From Candidatus Jordarchaeales archaeon (GTDB lineage: Archaea; Asgardarchaeota; Jordiarchaeia; Jordiarchaeales; Freyrarchaeaceae): a stretch of 11,754 nucleotides of DNA. Both the position numbers and the translations under genes were made by a program. Positions 1 through 7,785 of the stretch are shown one piece after another. How positions within the stretch are numbered: position 1 is the stretch's first letter; each line of letters opens with the position of its first letter. The stretch is taken from positions 1-11,754 of the forward strand of contig JAWCFL010000048.1 in assembly GCA_038858525.1 (NCBI GenBank), in the 5' to 3' direction. A model generated the notes under the pieces. It had not been told where the DNA came from and made no database searches. It was given only the letters and a program-made list of their open reading frames with translations.

Positions 1-2
1 AT

Positions 3-902
3 AACGAAACGATTCTAGAACTTTTCAGCGAATTCCTCCAGGAAAATCCAAAGTACATTGATGTATTTAACGAGTATATTGAACATCAGTCTATGTTGAA
101 CGACCTTATGACTGAGCAAGCCTGTCTAACAGATGAAGAAATAGAAGAAGCAGTCAAGTACGGAACTATTATCGCAGATTGGAATGGCACAATAGAAATA
201 AACGGAACATGCTGGCCATGCAACTACAAGACATATGAACTAAATAAAGACGGAAAAACACTAAAACTATGTAAAATAACAGTTTATGCGAACAGCGAAG
301 TTATAGACCCATACATTTCAGTTAGCGCTTTCCCCTTGATCGCCCCCATTTGGCCATGGGGCTGGGTGAATTTCGGGGAAGACGTATACCTACACATAAG
401 AGCACCCCACTTCATAGAAGTAAATGGAACACCATTCTTTGAAGCCACAGCCTTCGTTTACTATATTAATTACTTGTTAGATTCATATGGGGCTGTAGCC
501 ATTGCAATAAGCGGTATTCTAGGAGCTGCTCTGGCCTCTAAAGCCGGAAATCTTCCAGGCGCCGTGGCAGGTGCTCTCGCTGGTCTGATTACCGCTGAGA
601 TTATTGCCAAGTTAAGGTACGAGGCAAACTTAGCCCTTGAGAGAAGTATAGCAGCTTATATGCAGGGCAATAATTACGGAGTAAAACTTGTCTTGAAAGT
701 TCATTACCTGTATCCGTCGAACCCCTTCTTCTGGTTATCGTCGACCATCTCGTTTTGGTTCGTCTGGCCTAGTGGCGAGTGGAGAAATGCAGTTCCGGAG
801 CTTCCAATAAACTCGTATAGTGCTGGTCTCGTTGCAAACACAATAAAATCATATACTTGGTGTTGGGGTAATGAGGTCTGGATTTTTCCATATTACCTAT
901 AA
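3..902 (+). CDS. Hypothetical protein, 5'-truncated, with glycine-zipper-like hydrophobic hairpin (possibly secreted or membrane-active)
   Basis: Frame is open from base 3 (NETILELFSEFLQENPKY...) through the ATG at 93 to TAA at 900-902, so the real start is outside the window. Segment GAVAIAISGILGAALASKAGNLPGAVAGALAGLITAEII (489-608) is Gly/Ala-rich and hydrophobic. No family recognised. Confidence 0.8.
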   Translation, partial: NETILELFSEFLQENPKYIDVFNEYIEHQSMLNDLMTEQACLTDEEIEEAVKYGTIIADWNGTIEINGTCWPCNYKTYELNKDGKTLKLCKITVYANSEVIDPYISVSAFPLIAPIWPWGWVNFGEDVYLHIRAPHFIEVNGTPFFEATAFVYYINYLLDSYGAVAIAISGILGAALASKAGNLPGAVAGALAGLITAEIIAKLRYEANLALERSIAAYMQGNNYGVKLVLKVHYLYPSNPFFWLSSTISFWFVWPSGEWRNAVPELPINSYSAGLVANTIKSYTWCWGNEVWIFPYYL

Positions 903-910
903 AGGAGGTG
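903..910 (+). promoter_or_regulatory. Shine-Dalgarno site for the ORF at 918
   Basis: AGGAGGTG directly after the upstream TAA and 7 nt before ATG 918. Confidence 0.85.
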
Positions 911-917
911 TCGCATA

Positions 918-1694
918 ATGACAAGGTGGTCTCATGTGGCTTTACGGGCATTATATTTTCTTCCCCCAATTTTTTTGGTATCCTATTTCATGGTGATTTT
1001 TCTGTTTGGTATTAAATTGTGTTTGACACCAGTTATTCCGGTTGGTGTTTTCTTTCCTTCTATTTTAATTAATAATGAGAGTGCGTATGTTTTCGTTAGT
1101 GCTGTGGGCGTTTATGACTTTGTCACATGGGGCTGGGCCACTAAGCTTATGGTTTCGTTGACTGGCCTCATTCTGTCAGTGCTCCTGTTTCCGCTTAACA
1201 TTATCACCGCCTTCATGTTGTCATTCTCTGCGCATGGTTACTCTCTCCGTGATGCTGCCTCAAATGCAGTAGAATTTATCAGGTTCATCATCGGTCCGCA
1301 TGTGCCACTGCGCCAGCGATGGAGAATACTAGAAACACTTGGATGCTGGATAACAGGCTACTCAACAATTGCAGTTATCTTTGTTTACATTATGCAATTC
1401 ACCACGGTATCCCCTACAACTAGCATCATAGTGCTTCCACCTTTGCTTCACTACGTACTTACTAGGATAGGCGATCCAGCTCTCCTCTTACCCTTCACTC
1501 CACTAAGTGCTTTCCCCTCAGCCGCCCCCGCTGGGGTAGTCTCCTATATTCCTACCATCCCGCTCGTTATAAGCATAGCTTTTACAGGTTCAATGTTAGG
1601 TAGCCTATTCTTCTGGGTTGATAAAGGACGTCGTTCAGTTGAGAGAAACATGGATGCTTTCATGCAGTGGGCTTCTCACAGGAAAAAAACATAG
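918..1694 (+). CDS. Polytopic integral membrane protein of unknown function (about 5-7 hydrophobic segments)
   Basis: 258-aa ORF with a perfect SD, multiple long hydrophobic stretches and a basic C-terminal tail (…KGRRSVER…HRKKT); 15 nt from the upstream stop. Confidence 0.85.
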   Translation: MTRWSHVALRALYFLPPIFLVSYFMVIFLFGIKLCLTPVIPVGVFFPSILINNESAYVFVSAVGVYDFVTWGWATKLMVSLTGLILSVLLFPLNIITAFMLSFSAHGYSLRDAASNAVEFIRFIIGPHVPLRQRWRILETLGCWITGYSTIAVIFVYIMQFTTVSPTTSIIVLPPLLHYVLTRIGDPALLLPFTPLSAFPSAAPAGVVSYIPTIPLVISIAFTGSMLGSLFFWVDKGRRSVERNMDAFMQWASHRKKT

Positions 1695-1705
1695 GAGAGA
1701 TTATC

Positions 1706-1745
1706 GCAGCAAAGCTGCTTTGGAAGCATGACTCTTTTTTCTTAT
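1706..1745 (+). terminator. Possible terminator after the orphan gene pair
   Basis: GCAGC-AAA-GCTGC hairpin (1706-1718) then a pyrimidine/T tract CTCTTTTTTCTTAT (about 1732-1745); T tracts are typical archaeal terminators. Confidence 0.3.
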
Positions 1746-2252
1746 CCCCCTTCTTAGCGGGGTAGGGTGATGTAGTGGATTATACGTTTCCCTCCCCGTT
1801 TTCCTTTTTCCCATGGTCTATGTTATCAGCTTTAATAGAACATATGTTGGATTCATCGGTCTTTACCAGGAAAATCGTCAATCTCTCCTCTGTCAAGGGT
1901 GCCCTCCCTCATTTTCATGAGTTTGTCGAAGAAATTTTGGCTTAAAAGCTCTTTTGAAGGTATATACTCACTGATGTGTTCAGTTGCCTATCCGCTCTCA
2001 ACACGCAACCCTTATACATTCAAAAATTCTTCTTTTCGATGCGTCAATCATCCACATGGGATCATCTTTTATGTTGAGTATTTTTTATGTAAGGTTCCGA
2101 GCTGAATAATTGTCCAACTTTTTGTAACGTTTCTATTTTTTGAGCGTCATTTTATTCGTAGCAAGAGGATTTGGAAGCTTTTGAGCTCACTTTTAGAGCG
2201 GTAAGTCGTGTAATGCATTGTTCTCTTTAGAGTTTTGGGTGGCATCAGTTGC

Positions 2253-3140
2253 TTAACTACGCTTTTCTTGGAGATTTTCTTTTAGAAATTCGGTTTCTAT
2301 CTTTGTGGTTTCGCTGAATACTGGGTCGAAATACACGTCGAAGTGTCCTACGTCGAAGCCTATTACCTTCACGTTTCTTATTTTGCTAGCCGTCTTCCTG
2401 ACTGCTCTCGGCGGGATCAGCGTGTCCTTCTCAGCGTAGACTATCAGGACTGGGCACTTTATTCTGGGCGCATATCTTACTGGCCTATAGAAAGGTATTG
2501 AGAGGAGTATTCTTGCAGGGCACTCGTTTTTCCATGATGAGCCCTCGGGTATGAGGGAAAGGTACCCATCTTTCGAGCCTGGGGTGTTCATGACGGCGAA
2601 CCTGTCCGGGTCTGCGACTACTGGAACGTGGTGCACTCTGCCGAAGAGGGACGCTAAAGTGTCAGCTGCGCCGTGAAATGCTGCTTTTATGATGAACCTT
2701 AGGCCGAGGAGGGAAGCCGTTGCAAGCCCGTCCACGAAGGGGACTTGTGCCACGACGGCTGAGACATTTTGGTCTTGGGCTGCAGTGACAAGGACGTGCC
2801 CCCCACTGAAGGAGGTTCCCCAGAGTGCAATTCTCTCACCGTCAACTTCCTCTAGGCTGCGCACGTGTTTAAGCGCGTTTCTCCAGTCCTCCAGTTGCTT
2901 TTTAACGCTTACAAGGTTCCTCGGCCTTCCTTCACTATCCCCGAAGTGCCTGTAGTCGAACAGGAAGACCGCCATCCCCTCCCTGCAAAACCTCTCAGCG
3001 AAGGCTGTGAGTTGAAAACTTCTCTCAGCCGCGAACCCATGAGCCATAACCACGACAGGTGGCTTCTTCACTTCGGGAAGGTAAAGCCACCCGGCACACT
3101 TCAACCCTCCACTAACAAAATCCGACTCAACCCTCCTCAA
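2253..3140 (-). CDS. Alpha/beta-fold serine hydrolase (esterase/peptidase/lactonase-like)
   Basis: Oxyanion HG motif (MAHGF), FDYRHFGDSEG, nucleophile elbow WGTSFSGG, acid residue in EKDTLIP and His in VGHFDVY. Start moved from 3221 to TTG 3140 (MRRVESDFVSGG): GGAGGG SD lies 8 nt upstream and a BRE/TATA lies inside the longer ORF-track N-terminus. Confidence 0.9.
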   Translation of the reverse strand: MRRVESDFVSGGLKCAGWLYLPEVKKPPVVVMAHGFAAERSFQLTAFAERFCREGMAVFLFDYRHFGDSEGRPRNLVSVKKQLEDWRNALKHVRSLEEVDGERIALWGTSFSGGHVLVTAAQDQNVSAVVAQVPFVDGLATASLLGLRFIIKAAFHGAADTLASLFGRVHHVPVVADPDRFAVMNTPGSKDGYLSLIPEGSSWKNECPARILLSIPFYRPVRYAPRIKCPVLIVYAEKDTLIPPRAVRKTASKIRNVKVIGFDVGHFDVYFDPVFSETTKIETEFLKENLQEKRS

Positions 3141-3178
3141 CCCAGAAACCCTCCACAAACCAAAACTCGGAAGACCTG

Positions 3179-3194
3179 ATTTAAATCTTTCTTT
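3179..3194 (-). promoter_or_regulatory. BRE + TATA box for the hydrolase gene
   Basis: Minus strand reads AAAGAAAG-ATTTAAAT, about 40 nt before TTG 3140, leaving room for a short leader that carries the SD. Confidence 0.55.
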
Positions 3195-3421
3195 GATCTC
3201 AAATGGGAAATTCTTCACCATTTTTTATGCATCAGAAACTAAATTTTCGTGGAGCGCCTTACTATTAAGTGCTCTCAACTATTTATCGAGCTTTTATTGT
3301 GGTGAAATTTACGGGTTTAAACCAGTCAGAGCATGTATTCCTAACGTGGTTAGTGCGGATCGCTTCATTTTTGTAGAAACATTTATGTCGTACTTTATGG
3401 TTGTTACAATTAGGTGATAAC

Positions 3422-3655
3422 TTGGCGACAATAACGATTAGGGTCAGCGAGGACATTAAAAGGAAGATGCGTGAATTCAAGAATGTTAACTGGTCGGAGT
3501 ATCTGAGGGAAGCTATAGTCAGGAAGATTAGGGAGGAAGAGATGAAGTCCGCCTGTGCCGTCATGGATGAGATAGCTGCGAAGACCCGTGAAGGCTGGAG
3601 TGGAGTAGACGAGATAAGGAAGTGGAGAGATTCAAGGTATGGGCGAGAAGAGTAA
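3422..3655 (+). CDS. vapB: VapB-type ribbon-helix-helix antitoxin
   Basis: ATITIRVSEDIKRKM beta-strand/helix N-terminus and NWSEYLREAI, typical of archaeal RHH antitoxins; overlaps the PIN gene by 17 nt. GGTGA SD (3413-3417) favours TTG 3422 over 3401. Confidence 0.85.
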   Translation: MATITIRVSEDIKRKMREFKNVNWSEYLREAIVRKIREEEMKSACAVMDEIAAKTREGWSGVDEIRKWRDSRYGREE

Positions 3656-4094
3656 GCTCGTAATCGATGCGTCTGTGGTTGTAAAATGGTTTGTACGTGA
3701 GGACGATAGGGCGCCCGCCTTAAATTTAAGGGAGCTACATGTTTCAGGCAGGGTTGAGCTCTTAGCTCCAGACTTGCTGGTTTACGAGGTTGCAAACGCG
3801 CTGAGGTTTAACCCACACTTGGATGCGGGTGACGTTGAGCGTGCTGTGGAAAGTCTCTTTAAACTTCACATCAGACTGTGTCCCCCATCGGTGGCGCTGG
3901 TGGCTGATGCCGCCAGAAAGGCTAAAAGGTACGGAATAACGGTTTACGACGCGGCGTATATGAGTCTGGCTGAGGATGAGGCGTGCAACATGGTGACGGC
4001 TGACGGGAAGCTCTATGGCAAAGTTAAGGGATCTGGTGTAGTTCTCCTTCTTCCATCAGATGAACTTAATGATTGGCTTAAATGGAAAAGTTGA
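3639..4094 (+). CDS. vapC: VapC PIN-domain ribonuclease toxin
   Basis: PIN acidic quartet present: VIDASVV, YEVANAL, TVYDAAY, VTADGKL; 151 aa, directly downstream of an RHH gene. Confidence 0.93.
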   Translation: MGEKSKLVIDASVVVKWFVREDDRAPALNLRELHVSGRVELLAPDLLVYEVANALRFNPHLDAGDVERAVESLFKLHIRLCPPSVALVADAARKAKRYGITVYDAAYMSLAEDEACNMVTADGKLYGKVKGSGVVLLLPSDELNDWLKWKS

Positions 4095-4196
4095 GCGACA
4101 AGCAGAGATCAAAGAGTTCTCCTCGAAAAAGTGACTTCTCTCCCCTTTCGGAAACCTTTTTATTTTCTGGTTTGGGCTTAACGGTGGGGGATCGCC

Positions 4197-4862
4197 TTGC
4201 CTATCAGGGCTCTAGTGTTCGACGTTGAGGGCACACTGTTCAAGTCTAAGAGTTTGACTGACGCATACCGGAACCAGGTTTTGAAGCTTGTATCCGAGAA
4301 GAGTGGACTAAATGGTGAAGCTCTCCTTAAAGAGGTGAGGCGGGTTATAAGCGAGCTTAGGAGAGAAGGCTATGATCAGCGCCCTCCATCTACGTTGATA
4401 GCTGAGAGGCTTGGTGTGACGAGGGAAGAGTTTTACAGAGCCATAGATGAGGTGAACCCTGGAGATCATGTTAAACCCGACCCGGAACTGGTGTCCGCCC
4501 TGAAAGAAATGAAAAGGACGTTTAAGCTCGCTGTGCTGACAAACCTTAGCCGTAAAGGACTAACAGGAGTGCTTAGGGCGCTGGGACTGAGCGAAGATGT
4601 CTTTGACGTTATGCTGACAGCTGATGACCTCGAAGCTCTGAAGCCTCATATTTCAGCATTCAAAAGAGTTCTTGAAGCATTGAAAGTTAACCCAGAAGAG
4701 GTAGTTATGGTGGGCGACATAGTGGCGTCAGACCTAGCTCCAGCGAAGATTCTCGGAATGAAAACTGTCCTTGTAAGTGACGAGCCAGCCAACTCCCCCC
4801 ACGTGGACCTCACGGTAAAACATGTAGCCGAGCTAAAAAACAAAATAAGCCTCCTCCAGTAG
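4197..4862 (+). CDS. HAD-superfamily hydrolase/phosphatase with DxE motif I
   Basis: Motif I FDVEGTL, motif II LTN, motif III KP, motif IV GDIVASD; TTG start with GGTGGGGG SD 6 nt upstream. Confidence 0.92.
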   Translation: MPIRALVFDVEGTLFKSKSLTDAYRNQVLKLVSEKSGLNGEALLKEVRRVISELRREGYDQRPPSTLIAERLGVTREEFYRAIDEVNPGDHVKPDPELVSALKEMKRTFKLAVLTNLSRKGLTGVLRALGLSEDVFDVMLTADDLEALKPHISAFKRVLEALKVNPEEVVMVGDIVASDLAPAKILGMKTVLVSDEPANSPHVDLTVKHVAELKNKISLLQ

Positions 4863-5041
4863 GGAAGAAAAAAGCAATTAACGTCATCAGTAGTTGTAAC
4901 CTCTTCTTCTGCTTCAACCCTTTTTATTCTTTCTGTTTATGTATGTCCCTCTCACGTTATCCATTTTGTTAGGAGCAACGTGGCTGTGTTTGAAGGGTAT
5001 TTGAAGATTAATCCTTCCACCATTTTCCTGAATGATTCGCA

Positions 5042-5692
5042 TCACTTCATTTTTCTGATTATTTCGTAGACAGTTGCCCCATCCCTGATCACTTTTTCCG
5101 GTAATTGGTGTGGCTCTCCGATCATTAATGCCGTAACGTATATTTTCGCCATCCTCTCGAGGACCTTCGCTAGTTCAAGGACGTGGGCGAGACTTTTCCC
5201 GCAGCATAATACGCCGTGGTTAGCCAGCATGACTGCTGCCCTGTTGCCTAGCGCTTTAACTGCGTTCTCGGCGAGCTCCTCACTCCCTGTGAGCCCGTAC
5301 TCCGCAACCTCTATAGTTCCTCCATACTTGAACATGAATTCGTCCGTGAGCGGAGGAAGTGGCTTCCTTAAAACAGCTAGGACTGACGCGTAGAGCGAGT
5401 GAGTGTGTATTATCGCTCTCACGTCTTCCCTTGCATTGTAGACCTTGAGGTGCATGGGTTTCTCGCTTGACGGCTGCCTTTTGCCCTCCAACACGTTCCC
5501 GTTCAAGTCTAGTAAGACAAGGTCCTCGAGAGCCATCTCCATGTAACTCATAGAAGTAGGAGTTATTAGGACCCTGTCGTCGCCAACCTTCGCGCTCACG
5601 TTACCCTCTGTCCCCTCCACTAGTCCACTCTGAAGCATTTCCCTAGCAGTCCTAATAATCTCTAAACCAACTCTTCTAGTTTCTTCATCCAA
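5042..5692 (-). CDS. Class II aldolase/adducin family protein (FucA/AraD/MtnB-like metal-dependent aldolase, epimerase, dehydratase or decarboxylase)
   Basis: GTEGNVS phosphate-binding motif, ITPT, PSSEKPMH, metal ligands HTH and NHG; TTG start 4 nt after the kinase stop, so co-translated. Confidence 0.93.
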   Translation of the reverse strand: MDEETRRVGLEIIRTAREMLQSGLVEGTEGNVSAKVGDDRVLITPTSMSYMEMALEDLVLLDLNGNVLEGKRQPSSEKPMHLKVYNAREDVRAIIHTHSLYASVLAVLRKPLPPLTDEFMFKYGGTIEVAEYGLTGSEELAENAVKALGNRAAVMLANHGVLCCGKSLAHVLELAKVLERMAKIYVTALMIGEPHQLPEKVIRDGATVYEIIRKMK

Positions 5693-5696
5693 AGGA

Positions 5697-7214
5697 TTAA
5701 ACCCCCAAGCCAGCCACCTTATCGTAAAACTGCCTCCACCTGGAATATACCGCCTCGTACTCTTTATGTTTTTCCGGTGATGGCGACACGCTTTCTCCCT
5801 CCCTCACCATCCCCCTTATGGCGTCCTCAAAACTACTGTATAACCCAACTCCTTTAGCGATACATATAGCACACCCGAGAGAACTCCCCTGCTTTTCAAG
5901 TGGGCTACGCACAGGCAGCCCTGTCACGTCAGAAATCAGCCTCAGAAAGAAGCTGCTCCTAGCAAGCCCACCGGTCACCTTTAACTCCCTTATCTCGACG
6001 CCTGAAACCTCCCGGAGCTGCTCGCAGTTCGCCCTGACCGCGAATGCTACATTTTCAAGTAAAGCTCTGAAGAGCTCGCCCTTCGTGGTTGGCTTGTCAA
6101 CCATGATCAGAGGTGGGAAAGCCAGTGTTGACAGGAAAATCCTGATACCCTCCCTGTAATCCATTATTTGGGGCCCCATGGACGCGAGTATGCCTCCCGC
6201 CCCCAGGGGGGCTTCCTCAGCCATCCTGAAAAGCTCATCATAAGGGTTCAGCCCCCTCTTCTCAGCGTCCTCCGCTTCACCTTTCGCGACTCCATCCTTA
6301 AACCACTCGACAAGCCTACCGGTGATTCCAGCGTTGCTTTCAAGTACCCACCTGCCCGGCAGCACATGGCAACTCGTCCAGATCCTCCTATCGGGATCAA
6401 CAACGGGCTTAGAAAGCACCATCTGGATGGGAGTAGTCGTGCCAGCAACAGCGCAAGCGTCCCCCTCACTCACCCCCCTAGCTGCTAGGACAGCGCACTG
6501 CGTGTCTCCTCCACAAGCAACAACAGTGGTTCCTTCAGGTATGCCCGTTTCGTTGCATGCTTCCCTCGTCACTTCGCCGACAGCGGTTCCGGCTTCAACT
6601 ACCCTAGGCAACTGGTCGACGGTGACTCCCAGCTCCTCAAGCATCCTCCCTGACCATTCAAGCCTTGAAACGTCAAACATTATGGTTTCGGAGGCATTCG
6701 AGTAGTCCGTTGCGTATTCCCCGCAGAACTTGAAGGTGACCCAGTCGCACAGGTTGAGGAACCTGCCAAACTTTGCATAGACGTCAGGCTTCTCCCTCTT
6801 AAACCACAGGATCCTGGATGGCATAAAGATCAAAGGCGGCCAGTGCCCCGTTATCCTGTGAAAATCCCGCCCAAGCCTTTCCATTAAAACATGCTGAACG
6901 AAGACTCCTCTCGCATCCAAGTTTGGTCCAGCATATAGGGGCCGTCCCTCATCATCCGTGAATACCGCAGCATACCTTTGGCTCGTAACACCCACACCAA
7001 TAACCCTATCAGCCACCCCACTATCCCTAACCATGCGCGCCACGTTTTTCCATAGCCACTCAGCGTCGAGCTCAAACCCAACACCAGCCAACCCATCGGA
7101 AGCAGAATACCTCATCCTGAAAGATGAAAAATGGACAAATTTGCCCGCCTCGTCCACCGCCACAAATCTAGCTGACCCGGTGCCGATATCCAAGACAGCC
7201 AGCAAATCCCCCAA
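5697..7214 (-). CDS. FGGY-family carbohydrate kinase, YoaC/LsrK-like subgroup
   Basis: LDIGTGS, TSQR, PNLDARG, GGDTQ, GTTTPI, ESNAGITG, TGG. Start moved from 7301 to TTG 7214 (MGDLLAVLDIGTG) because the DxGT motif normally lies near the N-terminus and GGAGAGTGA precedes this codon. Confidence 0.93.
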   Translation of the reverse strand: MGDLLAVLDIGTGSARFVAVDEAGKFVHFSSFRMRYSASDGLAGVGFELDAEWLWKNVARMVRDSGVADRVIGVGVTSQRYAAVFTDDEGRPLYAGPNLDARGVFVQHVLMERLGRDFHRITGHWPPLIFMPSRILWFKREKPDVYAKFGRFLNLCDWVTFKFCGEYATDYSNASETIMFDVSRLEWSGRMLEELGVTVDQLPRVVEAGTAVGEVTREACNETGIPEGTTVVACGGDTQCAVLAARGVSEGDACAVAGTTTPIQMVLSKPVVDPDRRIWTSCHVLPGRWVLESNAGITGRLVEWFKDGVAKGEAEDAEKRGLNPYDELFRMAEEAPLGAGGILASMGPQIMDYREGIRIFLSTLAFPPLIMVDKPTTKGELFRALLENVAFAVRANCEQLREVSGVEIRELKVTGGLARSSFFLRLISDVTGLPVRSPLEKQGSSLGCAICIAKGVGLYSSFEDAIRGMVREGESVSPSPEKHKEYEAVYSRWRQFYDKVAGLGV

Positions 7215-7475
7215 CCGCTCACTCTCCCACAATAAGGAAGCCGGGCCGTAAGCTAAAAACGTTTTCAGAAAAACCAAATAATTCGAGAAGCCTTTTTCCA
7301 CTGCCAGCTCTTTTTGAAAGAAAGCTTCACGGTGAAGCAGTTCGAAGCTCGCACCCCCTCCTTAACAGGGCAAAAGGGGACTTTTCGTCTTCAGGTAGGT
7401 ACTTATGGAAAAGTATGAAGAAGTAACTTATCGTTGCTCCCCCCGGCCGCCGTACCCATAAATCCGTTAGGAAAG

Positions 7476-7509
7476 TTCACCGATTTAGTGAAAAGGTAAA
7501 TAAATTTCG
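7476..7509 (-). promoter_or_regulatory. Candidate BRE/TATA followed by a TTCAC-N7-GTGAA palindrome
   Basis: Minus strand CGAAATTTATTTA (7497-7509), then TTCAC-cgattta-GTGAA (7476-7492) between the box and the expected start site. Confidence 0.35.
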
Positions 7510-7785
7510 AGGCAATAGGAGAGAGAGAAATAAACCGGTAACAAACGGTAAAAATAGATTGTTGCATCAAAGCCGCTGGAAGCTCCGCTAATAGCCGGAG
7601 TGGAGCACGTTGGAAACTAAACGAAGCTGCCCTCATGCCGGTGCCGCCTCCAAGCTTCCCTTTAACTCATCCTTTAGAAAAGGCAGTTTTGTGATGGGAT
7701 AGTTGCCTGGTCGCTTGTAGGCGGCGCATGGGTATGTTTTTCAGTCAGAGTCTGATGGAAAAGTTGCCGAAAACATTCCTTCCAG

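Noticed and set aside
769-2105. ORFs 769-969 (-) and 1899-2105 (+)
   Set aside because: The first overlaps two supported genes in antisense; the second is short with no SD or recognisable features.
2689-3795. ORFs 2689-2955, 2865-3179, 3193-3417 (+) and 3283-3795 (-)
   Set aside because: Antisense shadows of the hydrolase or vapBC, or spanning a promoter gap; no motifs.
4646-7251. ORFs 4646-4843, 5818-6159, 6168-6488, 6248-6469, 6322-6705, 6884-7096 and 6958-7251
   Set aside because: They overlap the well-supported HAD and kinase genes and have Ser/Pro/Thr-rich shadow composition.
7215-7301. N-terminal extension of the kinase (same issue at 3141-3221 and 3401-3421)
   Set aside because: Downstream TTG codons have SD sites and match domain boundaries; two of the extensions contain promoter-like boxes.
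7430-7460. SRP-RNA-like GGCCGGGGGG on the minus strand
   Set aside because: Similarity ends after about 10 nt and the following sequence is AT-rich without SRP helices.
7403-7636. 77-aa minus-strand ORF in the dehydrogenase-kinase spacer
   Set aside because: Not protein-like and overlaps promoter-like and palindromic elements.
7691-7755. C/D-box sRNA (GTGATGG … CTGA, 65 nt)
   Set aside because: The C box is imperfect, and no convincing D'/C' boxes or terminal stem were found.
7752-7775. Hammerhead-like core CTGATG…CGAAA
   Set aside because: CTGATGG lacks the conserved A9, the intervening bases form no stem II, and stems I and III are not evident.
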